In this document: positions 1 to 9,471 of the stretch, piece by piece
Layout of the letters: every line of letters starts with the position of its first letter
How positions within the stretch are numbered: the stretch's first letter is position 1
Assembly (NCBI GenBank): GCA_964430705.1
Contig: CAYSGJ010000017.1
Coordinates: 24,007-88,006, forward strand
Origin: an uncultured Desulfobacterales bacterium
Lineage (GTDB): Bacteria > Desulfobacterota > Desulfobacteria > Desulfobacterales > C00003060
Direction of reading: 5' to 3'
Length of the DNA: 64,000 nt
Program-made: the position numbers and the translations under genes
Notes under the pieces: generated by a model
Database searches by the model: none
Seen by the model: the letters and a program-made list of their open reading frames with translations, nothing else
What the model was told of the DNA's origin: nothing

Positions 1-252
1 ATAAACATGTTCCACGCCGCTTATTTGCCACAGAAGTTTTTCCAGGGGAGTGGCAACCAACTTTTCCACCTCTTCGGCGCTGGCACCCGGATACCGAACA
101 AACACATCCGCAAAGGGAACCACTATCTGGGGTTCTTCCTCTCGTGGGGTTGCAAAAATCGCGACAGCGCCAAGGGACACGGCGAAGATAACAAAGACAA
201 TGGAAAGGTTTGATGTTAAAAATATGCGGACAACACCCGCTATGAAACCCAT
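1..252 (-). CDS. RND efflux permease (AcrB/CzcA type), N-terminal fragment running off the window
   Basis: Minus-strand reading from ATG 252-250 gives MGFIAGVVRIFLTSNLSIVFVIFAVSLGAVAIFATPREEEPQIVVPFADVFVRYPGASAEEVEKLVATPLEKLLWQISGVEHVY. This is the typical TM1 plus first periplasmic loop of RND pumps. It lies 20 nt downstream of the adaptor gene. Confidence 0.75.
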   Translation of the reverse strand, partial: MGFIAGVVRIFLTSNLSIVFVIFAVSLGAVAIFATPREEEPQIVVPFADVFVRYPGASAEEVEKLVATPLEKLLWQISGVEHVY

Positions 253-271
253 GGGAATATCTGCCGACGCA

Positions 272-1441
272 TTACTCATGTTTGCCTGTGCGAAGGGCTA
301 TCTCTTCGTTTCCGTCCAGACCCGACAGGACGGCTAATTTCCCGTTTAACGCATCCCCTGTCTTTACCAACCGGCGGGACCATCGGCCTTGTCGTCGAAC
401 CTTGACGACCGTCATCTGTCCGATTTGCTGAACAGCACCGGCCGGCACTACAACGGTTTTCCGTGCCTCCAGGGGAATGCGCAGCCTGCCGAACATTCCT
501 GGATACAGACCCGAAACCGCGGGAATCCGCACCTTCGCCAAAAAGGTGCGGGTCAGTGGATCGGCCAACGGAATAACCTCCTCCACGGTTCCGTCCACAG
601 CAGCGTCAATAGCATCGACATGGACTCGGAGCCGGGATCCCGGCAGGACCTTCTCGATCAGACCTTCTCGCACATGGGCTTCCAGTCTGAGTGCCTCCGG
701 CGCTTGAAAAACCAAAAGCGGCTTCCCGGGCTGAGCGAGATCGCCGGGTTCGACCAGACGCTTGGCAATTTGCCCGGCTTCCGGGGCGGTTATTGTCGTG
801 TACCCCAAGGCGACGCGGGCCTCTTCTACCCGTTTTTCCGCCTCGGCGGCGCCGGCCTCCGCAGCAATCATTTTTTCTTTTGCTTGATTTACAGCGGCTT
901 GCTGTTGATGAAAAACGGCTTCCGCCTTTTCGAGATCGCGCTTGGTGGACGCCTCTTGGTAGAAAAACCCTTTTATTCTCTTGTAATGCAATTGCGCTTC
1001 CACAAAGGCTGCCCGGGTTCCGATAAGCGCTTGTTTTGCCTGCTGTACGGCGGCATTGGCCGCGCGCAGACCTTGGTGCGCCTGGTCGAGCCTGGCCTTG
1101 AATTCCCGGTCATCCAGTTGCAAAAGCAACATTTCTTTTTCGACCCTGTCTCCGGGACGCACGACGATGTCCACGACACGTCCGGTAATTTGCGCTGAAA
1201 TTTGAGCTTCCGCTTCAGATCGCACCGTTCCGACGGCCTCATACCATTCGGGCCAGTATTCCACGGACGCCCGACCAACGCTTTCGGCAGGGCCGTCACT
1301 GTTTTTTTCTGCCGTGATGATATCCGGGCGATCAGGAGCGGAACGAAAAACGCCTCCCGTATAAAGAAGCAACACAACGATAACCAGGAAGCCTCCCGCC
1401 AAAAAAAGAATGACGCGCGATGATTTGGCTCTATCTTTCAT
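272..1441 (-). CDS. Efflux RND periplasmic adaptor (HlyD/MFP family)
   Basis: ORF 272..1492. It has an N-terminal TM segment, a coiled-coil hairpin (LDDREFKARLDQAHQGLRAANAAVQQAK...) and a beta-barrel C-terminal part. Start taken at ATG 1441 (MKDRAKSS..), which overlaps the upstream gene end. Confidence 0.85.
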   Translation of the reverse strand: MKDRAKSSRVILFLAGGFLVIVVLLLYTGGVFRSAPDRPDIITAEKNSDGPAESVGRASVEYWPEWYEAVGTVRSEAEAQISAQITGRVVDIVVRPGDRVEKEMLLLQLDDREFKARLDQAHQGLRAANAAVQQAKQALIGTRAAFVEAQLHYKRIKGFFYQEASTKRDLEKAEAVFHQQQAAVNQAKEKMIAAEAGAAEAEKRVEEARVALGYTTITAPEAGQIAKRLVEPGDLAQPGKPLLVFQAPEALRLEAHVREGLIEKVLPGSRLRVHVDAIDAAVDGTVEEVIPLADPLTRTFLAKVRIPAVSGLYPGMFGRLRIPLEARKTVVVPAGAVQQIGQMTVVKVRRQGRWSRRLVKTGDALNGKLAVLSGLDGNEEIALRTGKHE

Positions 1442-2942
1442 CCGATGCCTCTGGATCTGCCGAAACAAAGTATCCCAATGCCCTGCATACATCGGCCTCG
1501 GCCTTTTTCACATCATATCGTGCCGACACATCCCGTATTCTGGCGGCATTGAGAGCCAATTCCGCATCAAGATACCGGGTAACCGTGGCGGTCCCCCCTT
1601 CATATTCCCTTTTGACAAGACGAAACGACTCTTCGGCGTGAGCCACGCCGGCTTGCGCGACAGCGCGCCTGGCGTTGGCCTCAGACAGCTTCAAATAAGC
1701 TGTTTTTACATCCAGCTGAACAGCCAGCGTGGCTTTGCGGTCGGCGGCGTACATTTGTTCCAAGGCCGCCTTGGCCCTTTGAACAGCCGATTTTGTGCCA
1801 AAGCCGGAAAAAAAATTCCAGTCCAGAACCGCGCCGGCCGCCCAATTGGCACGATCCCTGTCAAATCCCGGTTGTGAATCGTCGTAGTAGTATTTGCCGT
1901 GCGCATTGATCGTCGGAAGATAACCCGCCTTTTCCATGTCGACAGCCATCGCCGCATGGACGAGCCGTTGTCTGGCTTGAAGCAATTCAGGCCGTCTGCG
2001 TAAGGCCTCAAAAACGCCCGCCTGATAATCCGGGAAGACGTCCTCCGGCTTCCATTGCTCCCCTGACAATCGGATCGGTGTGTCCGGGTTGGCGCCCAGG
2101 AGATTGGCAAGCGCCGACAATGACAACTGGCAATTGTTTTCAGCCCTGACGGCATTTTCCTGCGCTTCGGCAACCCGAACCTCCAAAGAAAGGACATCCG
2201 ATTTCAGCACTGCTCCCCCCTGGAATCGGACGGACATGATCTGCAGTTGCGCTTCCACCGTTTTCAATGCGTCATGCGCAATGGCGACAAAATCTTGTGC
2301 TGTCAAAATGTTGTAGTAGGCATGGATGACAGAGGCTGCCAAGGCATTTTCGACCGCCAAGCGGTCCAGCTGTTCCATTTGCAGACCGCTTGCGGCCATT
2401 TTTTTTCTGAGCAGGTCTCCGCCGCCCTGGTATACATTCAACGAACCGGTGAGCCCGAGTTCATAATTGTCGATCCGGCCCGGGTCGTTGAAATCAACCC
2501 CGGACGGTAGGCTTCGTTGATCGATTTTTTTAAACAGGTACATCGAGGGCGCATCCGCTCGTGCGTATTCGGTATAATAGGACAAGGTAGGCCAAAAGGC
2601 GGCGTTCGCTTCATCCATCATCGCTTCTGTTTCGCGTATCCTTGCAATAGCCAGGCCGATGTCCGGATTGTTGCAAAGCGCAATGCGCACCGCCTCCATG
2701 ACGGAAAGAGGGCCTTTCAGGGAAGAAAGATCTGCTTTATGTGGAAATTGTTCGTCTGCTGGGCGGGCTGGTTGTCTGAAGCCGTGTTGGGATATCACCT
2801 CATTGTACGTGTATTCTTTCCCCAGCGTACATGCATTGAGCATAAGCGCAATCGCAAAGCCGGCCGCAACCGCACGTAAATTTTTCCGGCCTCTTTGCGG
2901 TATAACGCATTCATGGCTGTTGACCTTTTGCGGAATTGACAT
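1431..2942 (-). CDS. Outer membrane efflux protein, TolC/NodT family (lipobox LNAC)
   Basis: ORF 1431..2969. It shows duplicated TolC-type helical repeats and an N-terminal signal ending ALMLNAC. It is the first gene of an OMF-MFP-RND operon. Start is 2942 or 2969. Confidence 0.85.
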   Translation of the reverse strand: MSIPQKVNSHECVIPQRGRKNLRAVAAGFAIALMLNACTLGKEYTYNEVISQHGFRQPARPADEQFPHKADLSSLKGPLSVMEAVRIALCNNPDIGLAIARIRETEAMMDEANAAFWPTLSYYTEYARADAPSMYLFKKIDQRSLPSGVDFNDPGRIDNYELGLTGSLNVYQGGGDLLRKKMAASGLQMEQLDRLAVENALAASVIHAYYNILTAQDFVAIAHDALKTVEAQLQIMSVRFQGGAVLKSDVLSLEVRVAEAQENAVRAENNCQLSLSALANLLGANPDTPIRLSGEQWKPEDVFPDYQAGVFEALRRRPELLQARQRLVHAAMAVDMEKAGYLPTINAHGKYYYDDSQPGFDRDRANWAAGAVLDWNFFSGFGTKSAVQRAKAALEQMYAADRKATLAVQLDVKTAYLKLSEANARRAVAQAGVAHAEESFRLVKREYEGGTATVTRYLDAELALNAARIRDVSARYDVKKAEADVCRALGYFVSADPEASDER

Positions 2943-3201
2943 GACAACGCCGACCAACGACACCTGCAAGTTGGATGAGGTTTCAAGGACTTTTTTTTGG
3001 GTGCACGACCAAGAAGAATCTTATTGTTAAAGCCTCACGGCCGCAGCCGGTTCGTCAAGGCTCCCGTGAACTCCTTCCATTACCGGGTATTGTCACAAAG
3101 GATAGTCCCGGTCAATAAAAGGGGCATTGGTTCGCACCAAAAATTCTTTCCCCGGGGCAGTGGATTGCCAACACGTTGTGGCAATCCCCTGTCGGCGGTC
3201 T

Positions 3202-3810
3202 TTAGTCAAATGCCAAATCTGTCTTCCACACTTCCCAAACCTTTCCCACAAGATCCGGTCCCGGTTTCAATGTCGGTTTTCCAGGTTGCCATCCTGATGG
3301 CGTTGCCTCTGCTCCCTTGCTGTCTCTTACCAGTTGGAAGGCCTGAATTTGCCTCAGTGTCTCAGCAACATTTCGTCCTACCGGAGGCGTGAGCACTTCA
3401 AAGCCTTGAACAACGCCTTCCGGGTCAATGATGAATCTGCCCCGGGTTTCAACGCCGGCATCTTCATCGTAGATGCCGAATGCGGTTCCGACCTTGCCCC
3501 CCGCATCCGACAACATCGGAAACGGGATACCCCCCTCAACCATCTTTGACAGCTCCATGTCATTCCACATCTTGTGAACAAAAACACTGTCAATGCTCAT
3601 AGACATACACTGAACGTCGAGGCCCTCAAAGGTCTTGTATTTTTCGGCAACCGCCGAAATCTCTGTGGCTCACACAAAGGTGAAGTCTCCCGGATAAAAA
3701 CACAGCAAGACCCATTTTCCCAAGTACTCAGAAAGCTTCACGGATACGAATTTGCCTTGATGGTACGCCGGCGCCGAAAAATCCGGGGCTTTCTTTCCAA
3801 CTTTTATCAT
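3202..3810 (-). CDS. Peroxiredoxin (AhpC/Prx family) with in-frame TGA at the peroxidatic Cys position (candidate selenocysteine)
   Basis: ORFs 3670..3918 and 3202..3606 are in one frame. TGA at 3672-3670 replaces the C of the DFTFVCPTE motif (read here as GDFTFV-TGA-ATEI). GGAGG lies 8 nt before ATG 3810. An alternative start at 3918 also has a strong SD. Confidence 0.8.
3642..3659 (-). promoter_or_regulatory. SECIS-like hairpin downstream of the in-frame UGA
   Basis: The mRNA reads UUUCGGC-GGUU-GCCGAAA, a 7-bp perfect stem with a GGUU loop. The stem starts 11 nt after the UGA. Confidence 0.5.
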
Positions 3811-4030
3811 GGCGGCAACCTCCTTTTTGGTTTCAGCAATCGAACTTTGCTTATCGCTTTTTTCCCCGACGAGGCCGCCGGTCGGCCTCGCGCATCCGAC
3901 TTCCATGGTTTCTCCCATAGCCTCCTCCTTTATGTTTTTGGTGGTGTTTGTATCATACTATTTTGAGCAAGACGATGATTTTTGGGGACCTTTTTCAGCT
4001 GCAACCCCCTACCATCTCGGATGCCTGCTT

Positions 4031-4303
4031 TCAGTCGTCTCTCCTTTCTATGAGGAGTCGAAAGTGATCCGGCCTCTTCTCTACCGCTATACATCGGTGC
4101 GTGGAGTTGCGCATGATCGCTATCAAGTCGGTCTTTGTTTCCGTGTCCGCACACAGCACCTCCAGGATTTGGCCGGAGGTCATTTCGCCAAGTTGATTTT
4201 CCACTTTCAGCAGGCTGACAGGCGAAATGCAATTTCTTACATCGATCGTGGTGTCGGACCGGACGTTGTTGACAATATGTAATTTGTCAGGGGCTGTTGA
4301 CAT
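4031..4303 (-). CDS. TusA/SirA-like sulfur-carrier family protein
   Basis: 90 aa. IDVRNCISPVSLLK resembles the D-x-R-G-x-x-CP-x-P-x-L-K motif of TusA and has the Cys. It sits upstream of the peroxiredoxin on the same strand. Confidence 0.7.
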   Translation of the reverse strand: MSTAPDKLHIVNNVRSDTTIDVRNCISPVSLLKVENQLGEMTSGQILEVLCADTETKTDLIAIMRNSTHRCIAVEKRPDHFRLLIERRDD

Positions 4304-4344
4304 TTCTCAAACCCTTTCACGGTACAGCCATGACTTTGCGAGAA

Positions 4345-4360
4345 CCGTACCATCCGAAAA
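4345..4360 (-). promoter_or_regulatory. Sigma-54 type -24/-12 promoter candidate for the tusA-like/peroxiredoxin operon
   Basis: The minus strand reads TGGTACGGTTCTCGCA (GG-N10-GC spacing as in TGGCAC-N5-TTGC). It lies about 45 nt upstream of ATG 4303. Confidence 0.45.
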
Positions 4361-4411
4361 AGGAAGCCCATGTCTCCATAACATATTGAAAGAAAAGGTA
4401 AAAAATTTTCC

Positions 4412-4441
4412 ATCCTGTGTTGCGTGTTATCCTGTGTTGCG
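4412..4441. promoter_or_regulatory. Tandem 13-nt direct repeat (ATCCTGTGTTGCG x2, 17-nt period), possible activator binding site
   Basis: Perfect repeat in the divergent intergenic region, 55-95 nt upstream of the sigma-54-like promoter. Confidence 0.35.
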
Positions 4442-4514
4442 CTATATTAACAATTGTTTAGAGCCGAACGACTCCCGGGCAACCCATGGAAGATTTGACA
4501 GGGGAGTAAAAACC

Positions 4515-5909
4515 ATGGACGTTCTTTCCCGCTATTGGAAAACGGTGGTCAGTACCATGCAAGACGGTCTGTTGGTTGTAGATACCCAAGGGACCATTGT
4601 ATCGATGAACCCGGCTGCAGAAAGGCTTACCGGATATCGCAAAGGCGAACTGTTGGGCAAATCATGCGAGATATTGGCCTGTAATGGATGCAAAGTGTTT
4701 CGTGGACACAAGTCAAAACACTGGTGTTCCCTTTTTTCCTCCGGCAAGATCCGGGCGAAGAAATGTCTTATTACGAATAAATCGGGAGAGACCATCCAGG
4801 TCGTCAAACATGCATCCCTTTTAAAAGATGAGTCCGGGAAGGTGATTGGGGCTATTGAGACGCTCACGGACATTTCAGATGTCGTCCGGCAGGAAAACGA
4901 GATTGCCTCTCTGCGCCGGACATTGCGCAACAAGGACGGCTATCACGGTATCCTGGGCAGGTCTCCATCCATGGAAAGGCTTTTTGGGTTGATTGAAAAT
5001 GCCGCCCAGTCGGACGCTCCCGTGGCTATTTTCGGGGAGAGCGGGGTGGGCAAAGAACTGGTGGCAAAGGCCGTTCACCAGTCCAGCGAAAGGCGAAAAA
5101 AACCTTTCGTGAAGGTCAGCTGTGCCGCCCTGAATGAAAATCTTTTGGAAAGTGAGCTTTTTGGCCATGTTAAAGGTGCTTTTACCGGGGCGCATCGAAC
5201 CCGTATTGGAAGATTCGAGGCTGCCCAAGGGGGATATTTGCTGTTGGATGAAATCGGGGATATGCCCTCAACCACACAGGTCAAGCTCTTGCGGGTACTT
5301 GAGGAAAAGGAAATCGAGCGTGTGGGGGACCATCAACCCGTCCAGGTAGATGCACGCATTATTACCGCCACCAATAAAAACTTGGATGCCCTTGTCTCGC
5401 AAGGTATCTTTCGAGAAGATCTTTTTTACCGTATTAATGTGATTCCTATCCATGTGCCGCCCTTGCGAGAACGGCCGGAGGATATACCGATCCTGTCCCA
5501 GTCATTTTGCGAGCGCATTTCCTTGAGAGGGCCAAAATCGATTGGAACGATAAGCCCAACAGCCATGGAAATGCTTGTGGCCTATCCTTGGCCCGGTAAT
5601 GTTCGAGAGCTGCAAAACACCATTGAGTATGCTTTTGTACTGTGTCGAGGCAAAGAAATCAAACCAGGTCACCTTCCGCCAAAGATCGTATCGGGGGCGG
5701 GAAAAGAAAGGGGGCCGGCTGTTGCGGCGAGTCCGGATCCTGGCGGGTTGGGTGGCGTGCGGGACAATGACTCGCAAAGGCAACGCCTGATCAATGCATT
5801 GCGACGTACCCGGGGGCACCAATCCAAGGCTGCGGCGCTTCTTGGAATCAGCCGGGTGACCTTATGGAAGCGGATGAAAAAATATGGTGTCGCCGCGGAC
5901 TACCGGTGA
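4515..5909 (+). CDS. Sigma-54-dependent transcriptional activator (PAS - AAA+ - Fis-type HTH)
   Basis: GAFTGA motif (HVKGAFTGAHRTR), Walker A (GESGVGKE) and a C-terminal HTH (AAALLGISRVTLWKRMKKYG). The PAS domain contains a Cys-rich insert. Start taken at ATG 4515 after GGGGAG. Confidence 0.9.
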   Translation: MDVLSRYWKTVVSTMQDGLLVVDTQGTIVSMNPAAERLTGYRKGELLGKSCEILACNGCKVFRGHKSKHWCSLFSSGKIRAKKCLITNKSGETIQVVKHASLLKDESGKVIGAIETLTDISDVVRQENEIASLRRTLRNKDGYHGILGRSPSMERLFGLIENAAQSDAPVAIFGESGVGKELVAKAVHQSSERRKKPFVKVSCAALNENLLESELFGHVKGAFTGAHRTRIGRFEAAQGGYLLLDEIGDMPSTTQVKLLRVLEEKEIERVGDHQPVQVDARIITATNKNLDALVSQGIFREDLFYRINVIPIHVPPLRERPEDIPILSQSFCERISLRGPKSIGTISPTAMEMLVAYPWPGNVRELQNTIEYAFVLCRGKEIKPGHLPPKIVSGAGKERGPAVAASPDPGGLGGVRDNDSQRQRLINALRRTRGHQSKAAALLGISRVTLWKRMKKYGVAADYR

Positions 5910-5933
5910 CGGGACAAACGGTAAAACAATTTA

Positions 5934-6028
5934 GGTTCATCCGGTTAAAGCATACTTGAGGGATAGCCGTGTGTGTCAACACCCGGCTTCGTGGAGGATT
6001 GAAGGACTACGCTTTAACCGGATAAAAC
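5934..6028. mobile_element. 95-bp MITE-like element, copy 1
   Basis: About 85% identical to 56560..56654. Terminal inverted repeats are GTTCATCCGGTTAAAGC / GCTTTAACCGGATAAAAC. It is flanked by a direct repeat ACAATTTA(G) at 5926-5934 and 6029-6037. Confidence 0.6.
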
Positions 6029-6040
6029 ACAATTTAGAAT

Positions 6041-6075
6041 AAAAGCCTTTTGCCCACTGTGGACAAAAGGCTTTT
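6041..6075. terminator. Bidirectional rho-independent terminator between convergent genes
   Basis: AAAAGCCTTTTG-CCCACTGTGGA-CAAAAGGCTTTT. Confidence 0.7.
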
Positions 6076-6166
6076 GGTTAGAGATAATCATGTTTTTTTA
6101 TCCCCTGTGGTCTTCCAGGGTTTTATCAACCTGAGCGCCCAGCGCTGCCGCCCCTTGCTCGGTGTG

Positions 6167-8305
6167 TTACTTTGCCGCCTGCGGCGTGGCCCCCAAAGGC
6201 AGCTTCTTGAACCGACCGCCATGGATGATGGGATCTCCCTTGTAGCCCAGCGCCTTAAAATTCAGGTAGTCGGTCTGACCGATTAAATCAGACACATCCC
6301 GTCCACGGGTTTTCATGAACTCGAAATCCGTGCCCATCTTCGTGAGTTTTTTGAAATCCACGTTTCGGTTATCTTGATGGCACCGATTGCAGGTCTTTTC
6401 CCCGGTCAGTGCCTCATGGCATTGGGCGCACCCCAAGGCGTTTTCAGCCGGCATGGTCTCATGGGTCAATCCCCAATACATGATGGTCTCGACCCACTCG
6501 TACTCACCGCTGTAGTCCAGCCCGGCTGCCTTCATGCCGTTTTCGAACGATGTCTGCCAGTCCAGGGTCTTCCAATAGCCTCCGGGGCCGAAGAGATGGG
6601 GGATGATGAGATAATTGTTTTTGGCATCGGCCATCTGATTTCCCCGCATGGGCTTAAACGGAAAGATCTTTGACTCGGCGTCCCATATGGCCCCTACAGG
6701 ATCGGTGATCTTGGTAACCCCGTCCGGGTTGATTTTGTCGCCTTTGAGATGCCTTTTCACCTGGCCGTTGTACCAGAGGTATTCCGGCTTGGCGCTTTCT
6801 TTCCAAACAAAGTCACCCTTCATCCACGAATAATCGGGCATACCGTACTTGTCCTTCTTGACCTCGCGCTGTTTGTCGCCTGCCGTGGACCAGTCCCACC
6901 AGGTCTTGGTGGCCTTGCACTTGGCATAGACCGGACTGTGGCATGTCTGACAATTCACGTGTTCGGTGTGCTTGTTCAGGTGATGATTCAACAAGTTATG
7001 CCCCTCGTGCCCTTCACCGACATGGTGCTTGTGGGGCTGGGCGGTATGGCAGTCTTCACAGGAAGTGCTTCCCTCGGCCACAGGAAGAGACAGCGAGCGG
7101 CCGGAGATCTTGTGATTTCTGGTTTTGTGGCACTCGTGGCACTGGAAATCCATACCTCCCATGTGTACATCGCAGTTTCTAGACGGGTAGTAAAGGATGC
7201 CATTCATGTCGCCGTGTTTTACGGCATCCCCGCCGCCGCCCTGGAAGTGGCAGTCTCCGCAGGTCTTTCGACTCGGTTTGCCCACACTCTGGGCAATTTC
7301 CTTCAAGTTCAGTTGAGGAAAGGGCATGCCGGCCGCCGGAGGGGCCTTGCGGTATTTCAACGTGGTGTCGTGACACACTAGGCAGTCCATTCTCGTTTTA
7401 TCAGTAAAATCGAAGGTGGCGTCTTTCCAACCGTAGCCGGCATGACAGCTCGTGCACCGCGGCCAGTTGGATTCCAGGGCAATGCAAAAATTGTTGATCG
7501 TGTCACTGGCTTTTCCTAAATTTACCTGCTTTTCGTTTCCCACCGTGTATGGCGAAGGTCCCCTCCACAGCCAATGGGCCGAAGTAAGCATGTCCTGGGC
7601 CGCATCGTCATGACATCGAAGGCATTCCTTCGTTACCGTGAATGGATCGGGATTGTCCGGCAGTTTGACCAGGTCCTTGTGGTCCGGAACATTCTTGGGA
7701 TGACATCCGGCACAGTCCACAGGTCCCTTGTTTTCTTCTTTGTGGCAATCCATACACTGCTGGTGGTACGCAGCCTTAAGACCCAGGCGTTCCGGGAAAT
7801 CGGGATTGAAAGCATCCTGGTGGCAGGCTGAGCATTTGGTGGTTTCCGATGCGTCGGGGCCCTCGGGCTTATAGTGATGGCATTCTATACAGTTATTAAC
7901 GACGGAGGCATGCTTCATGTGCATAAATCGCACAGGACCATACAGGTCTCCGTATGGGTCTGTTCTCTTTTTCAGAATGGGGCTGTCTAAAACCAGGTAC
8001 CGATGCTTCATATCCTTCAGCGTGGGCGCCTTTTCCCCCAGACGAAGTTTACGTCCGGAAGGGGCTTCTTGCACCACCTTGCGGACCAGCTCCGGTACCT
8101 CATGGGCCCGCTTCAATGCAGCCACCTGGTCAACCGGTTCCCATGGCGTGCCGTCCTCAAAAACTTTCGGGGGCGGTGGCGGCGGCATGGGTTCCGTTGT
8201 GCCTTTTGAAGGTGTCGCCGCCCAACTGAGGGCAAGCAGCCCTGTGCAAAGAACAACTGTCAAGGCAGTAAAGATTGCGGGTTTTGTCCATTTCATGCAG
8301 TTCAT
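6167..8305 (-). CDS. Multihaem cytochrome c (13 CXXCH): N-terminal tetrahaem c3-like part plus octahaem-reductase-like part
   Basis: Signal peptide [29 protein letters not shown]. There are 13 CXXCH motifs (CIECH, CSACH, CMDCH, CAGCH, CLRCH, CTSCH, CLVCH, CGDCH, CHECH, CEDCH, CQTCH, CAQCH, CNRCH). AAGGAGGTGA precedes ATG 8305, which forms an ATGA overlap with the upstream gene. Confidence 0.85.
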   Translation of the reverse strand: MNCMKWTKPAIFTALTVVLCTGLLALSWAATPSKGTTEPMPPPPPPKVFEDGTPWEPVDQVAALKRAHEVPELVRKVVQEAPSGRKLRLGEKAPTLKDMKHRYLVLDSPILKKRTDPYGDLYGPVRFMHMKHASVVNNCIECHHYKPEGPDASETTKCSACHQDAFNPDFPERLGLKAAYHQQCMDCHKEENKGPVDCAGCHPKNVPDHKDLVKLPDNPDPFTVTKECLRCHDDAAQDMLTSAHWLWRGPSPYTVGNEKQVNLGKASDTINNFCIALESNWPRCTSCHAGYGWKDATFDFTDKTRMDCLVCHDTTLKYRKAPPAAGMPFPQLNLKEIAQSVGKPSRKTCGDCHFQGGGGDAVKHGDMNGILYYPSRNCDVHMGGMDFQCHECHKTRNHKISGRSLSLPVAEGSTSCEDCHTAQPHKHHVGEGHEGHNLLNHHLNKHTEHVNCQTCHSPVYAKCKATKTWWDWSTAGDKQREVKKDKYGMPDYSWMKGDFVWKESAKPEYLWYNGQVKRHLKGDKINPDGVTKITDPVGAIWDAESKIFPFKPMRGNQMADAKNNYLIIPHLFGPGGYWKTLDWQTSFENGMKAAGLDYSGEYEWVETIMYWGLTHETMPAENALGCAQCHEALTGEKTCNRCHQDNRNVDFKKLTKMGTDFEFMKTRGRDVSDLIGQTDYLNFKALGYKGDPIIHGGRFKKLPLGATPQAAK

Positions 8306-9471
8306 GAGGTCACCTCCTTGCGGCGGGTACTGAGTACCGGGAGATAGGTCACGGCAAGCCTGTAGAAAAAGATGATGCTGGCGATGAGCCCCGCAGTCAC
8401 CGCTATTTCGCCGATGGACGGGAAGTAGGATTGCTCGGCAAACGGCGGCTGGTAGCTGACCAGAAAGACGTTGACCCGGTTTAAGGCTACGCCCCCGACG
8501 ATAAGGGCACAAGTGACAAAAAGCCAGCGCGAAGAACGTCTTACGCCGGGAGAAAGGAGCATCATCCAAGGCAGTGCCACGCCGAAGACCATCTCCACGA
8601 GAAAAGCCCTGCTTTGAATCGACCCGTCGAAGAGATATACGTACGATCCTCTTGCAATCATGTCTCCGATTTTCAGCACCATGTAGAGACCCAGGAGAAA
8701 TATGGTGATTCTGGTCAGGGGGCCCAACACCTTCATTTCGTCATGTAATTTCATAGACCCTGTGGCAATGGTTGTCTCGAAAACCACCATGGGGTATCCG
8801 ACAGCAATGGCGGACATCAAAAATAGCAGCGGCAAGAGCGGCGTATACCACAAGGGGTGCACCTTTGTAGGAGCAATCAACATCAGCGATCCCAGCCCCG
8901 ACTGGTGCATGCAAGACAGAACCACACCGGCAATGATAAAAAACCACATGACCTTGCCCAATCCCCGGTTGAGCGTTTTTAAGAGCGGGATCTTGTCGCC
9001 GAAGCGTTCGGCTACCACCGGGATGAACTCGATGTACAGGACATGGAGATAGATGACCACGCACATCGCCACCTCAAAGAGCACCGAATTGGGTTGCCAA
9101 AACACAACGGGTTTCCAAATGGCCCAGGATCGGCCGATGTCAATGAAAAGCCCTATGGATACAAAAGTATATCCCAGCATGGCCGTTAGCAGGGCAGGAC
9201 GGGTGACCGCTTCGTACCGGTGACGGCCGAAGATATGCGCAAGCGCTGCTGTGGTAAAACCTCCTGCGGCCAGCGCAACGCCTGTGGCGACATCGATGCC
9301 GATCCACAGGCCCCAGGGGTGCGACATTTTCAGATTGGTGATTGCGGCCAGCCCGCCTGTGTAGCGAGCAATGATAAAGAAGCCTGCTGTTGCCATAAGG
9401 GCCAACAAAAACAAGACGCCCGGCGTCCAAAAGGGGGCTGCTACGGGGGCTGGTTTGCCGTGGTTACTCAT
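8302..9471 (-). CDS. NrfD/PsrC-family integral membrane quinone-interacting subunit
   Basis: Polytopic membrane protein (about 8-10 TM) between an FeS subunit and the cytochrome. ATGA overlaps at both ends indicate translational coupling. Confidence 0.8.
   Translation of the reverse strand: MSNHGKPAPVAAPFWTPGVLFLLALMATAGFFIIARYTGGLAAITNLKMSHPWGLWIGIDVATGVALAAGGFTTAALAHIFGRHRYEAVTRPALLTAMLGYTFVSIGLFIDIGRSWAIWKPVVFWQPNSVLFEVAMCVVIYLHVLYIEFIPVVAERFGDKIPLLKTLNRGLGKVMWFFIIAGVVLSCMHQSGLGSLMLIAPTKVHPLWYTPLLPLLFLMSAIAVGYPMVVFETTIATGSMKLHDEMKVLGPLTRITIFLLGLYMVLKIGDMIARGSYVYLFDGSIQSRAFLVEMVFGVALPWMMLLSPGVRRSSRWLFVTCALIVGGVALNRVNVFLVSYQPPFAEQSYFPSIGEIAVTAGLIASIIFFYRLAVTYLPVLSTRRKEVTS

Noticed and set aside
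7-337. Plus-strand ORFs 7..213 and 50..337 at the left edge
   Set aside because: The opposite strand encodes a convincing RND permease N-terminus continuing the OMF-MFP-RND operon. The plus-strand ORFs lack SDs and have no homology features.
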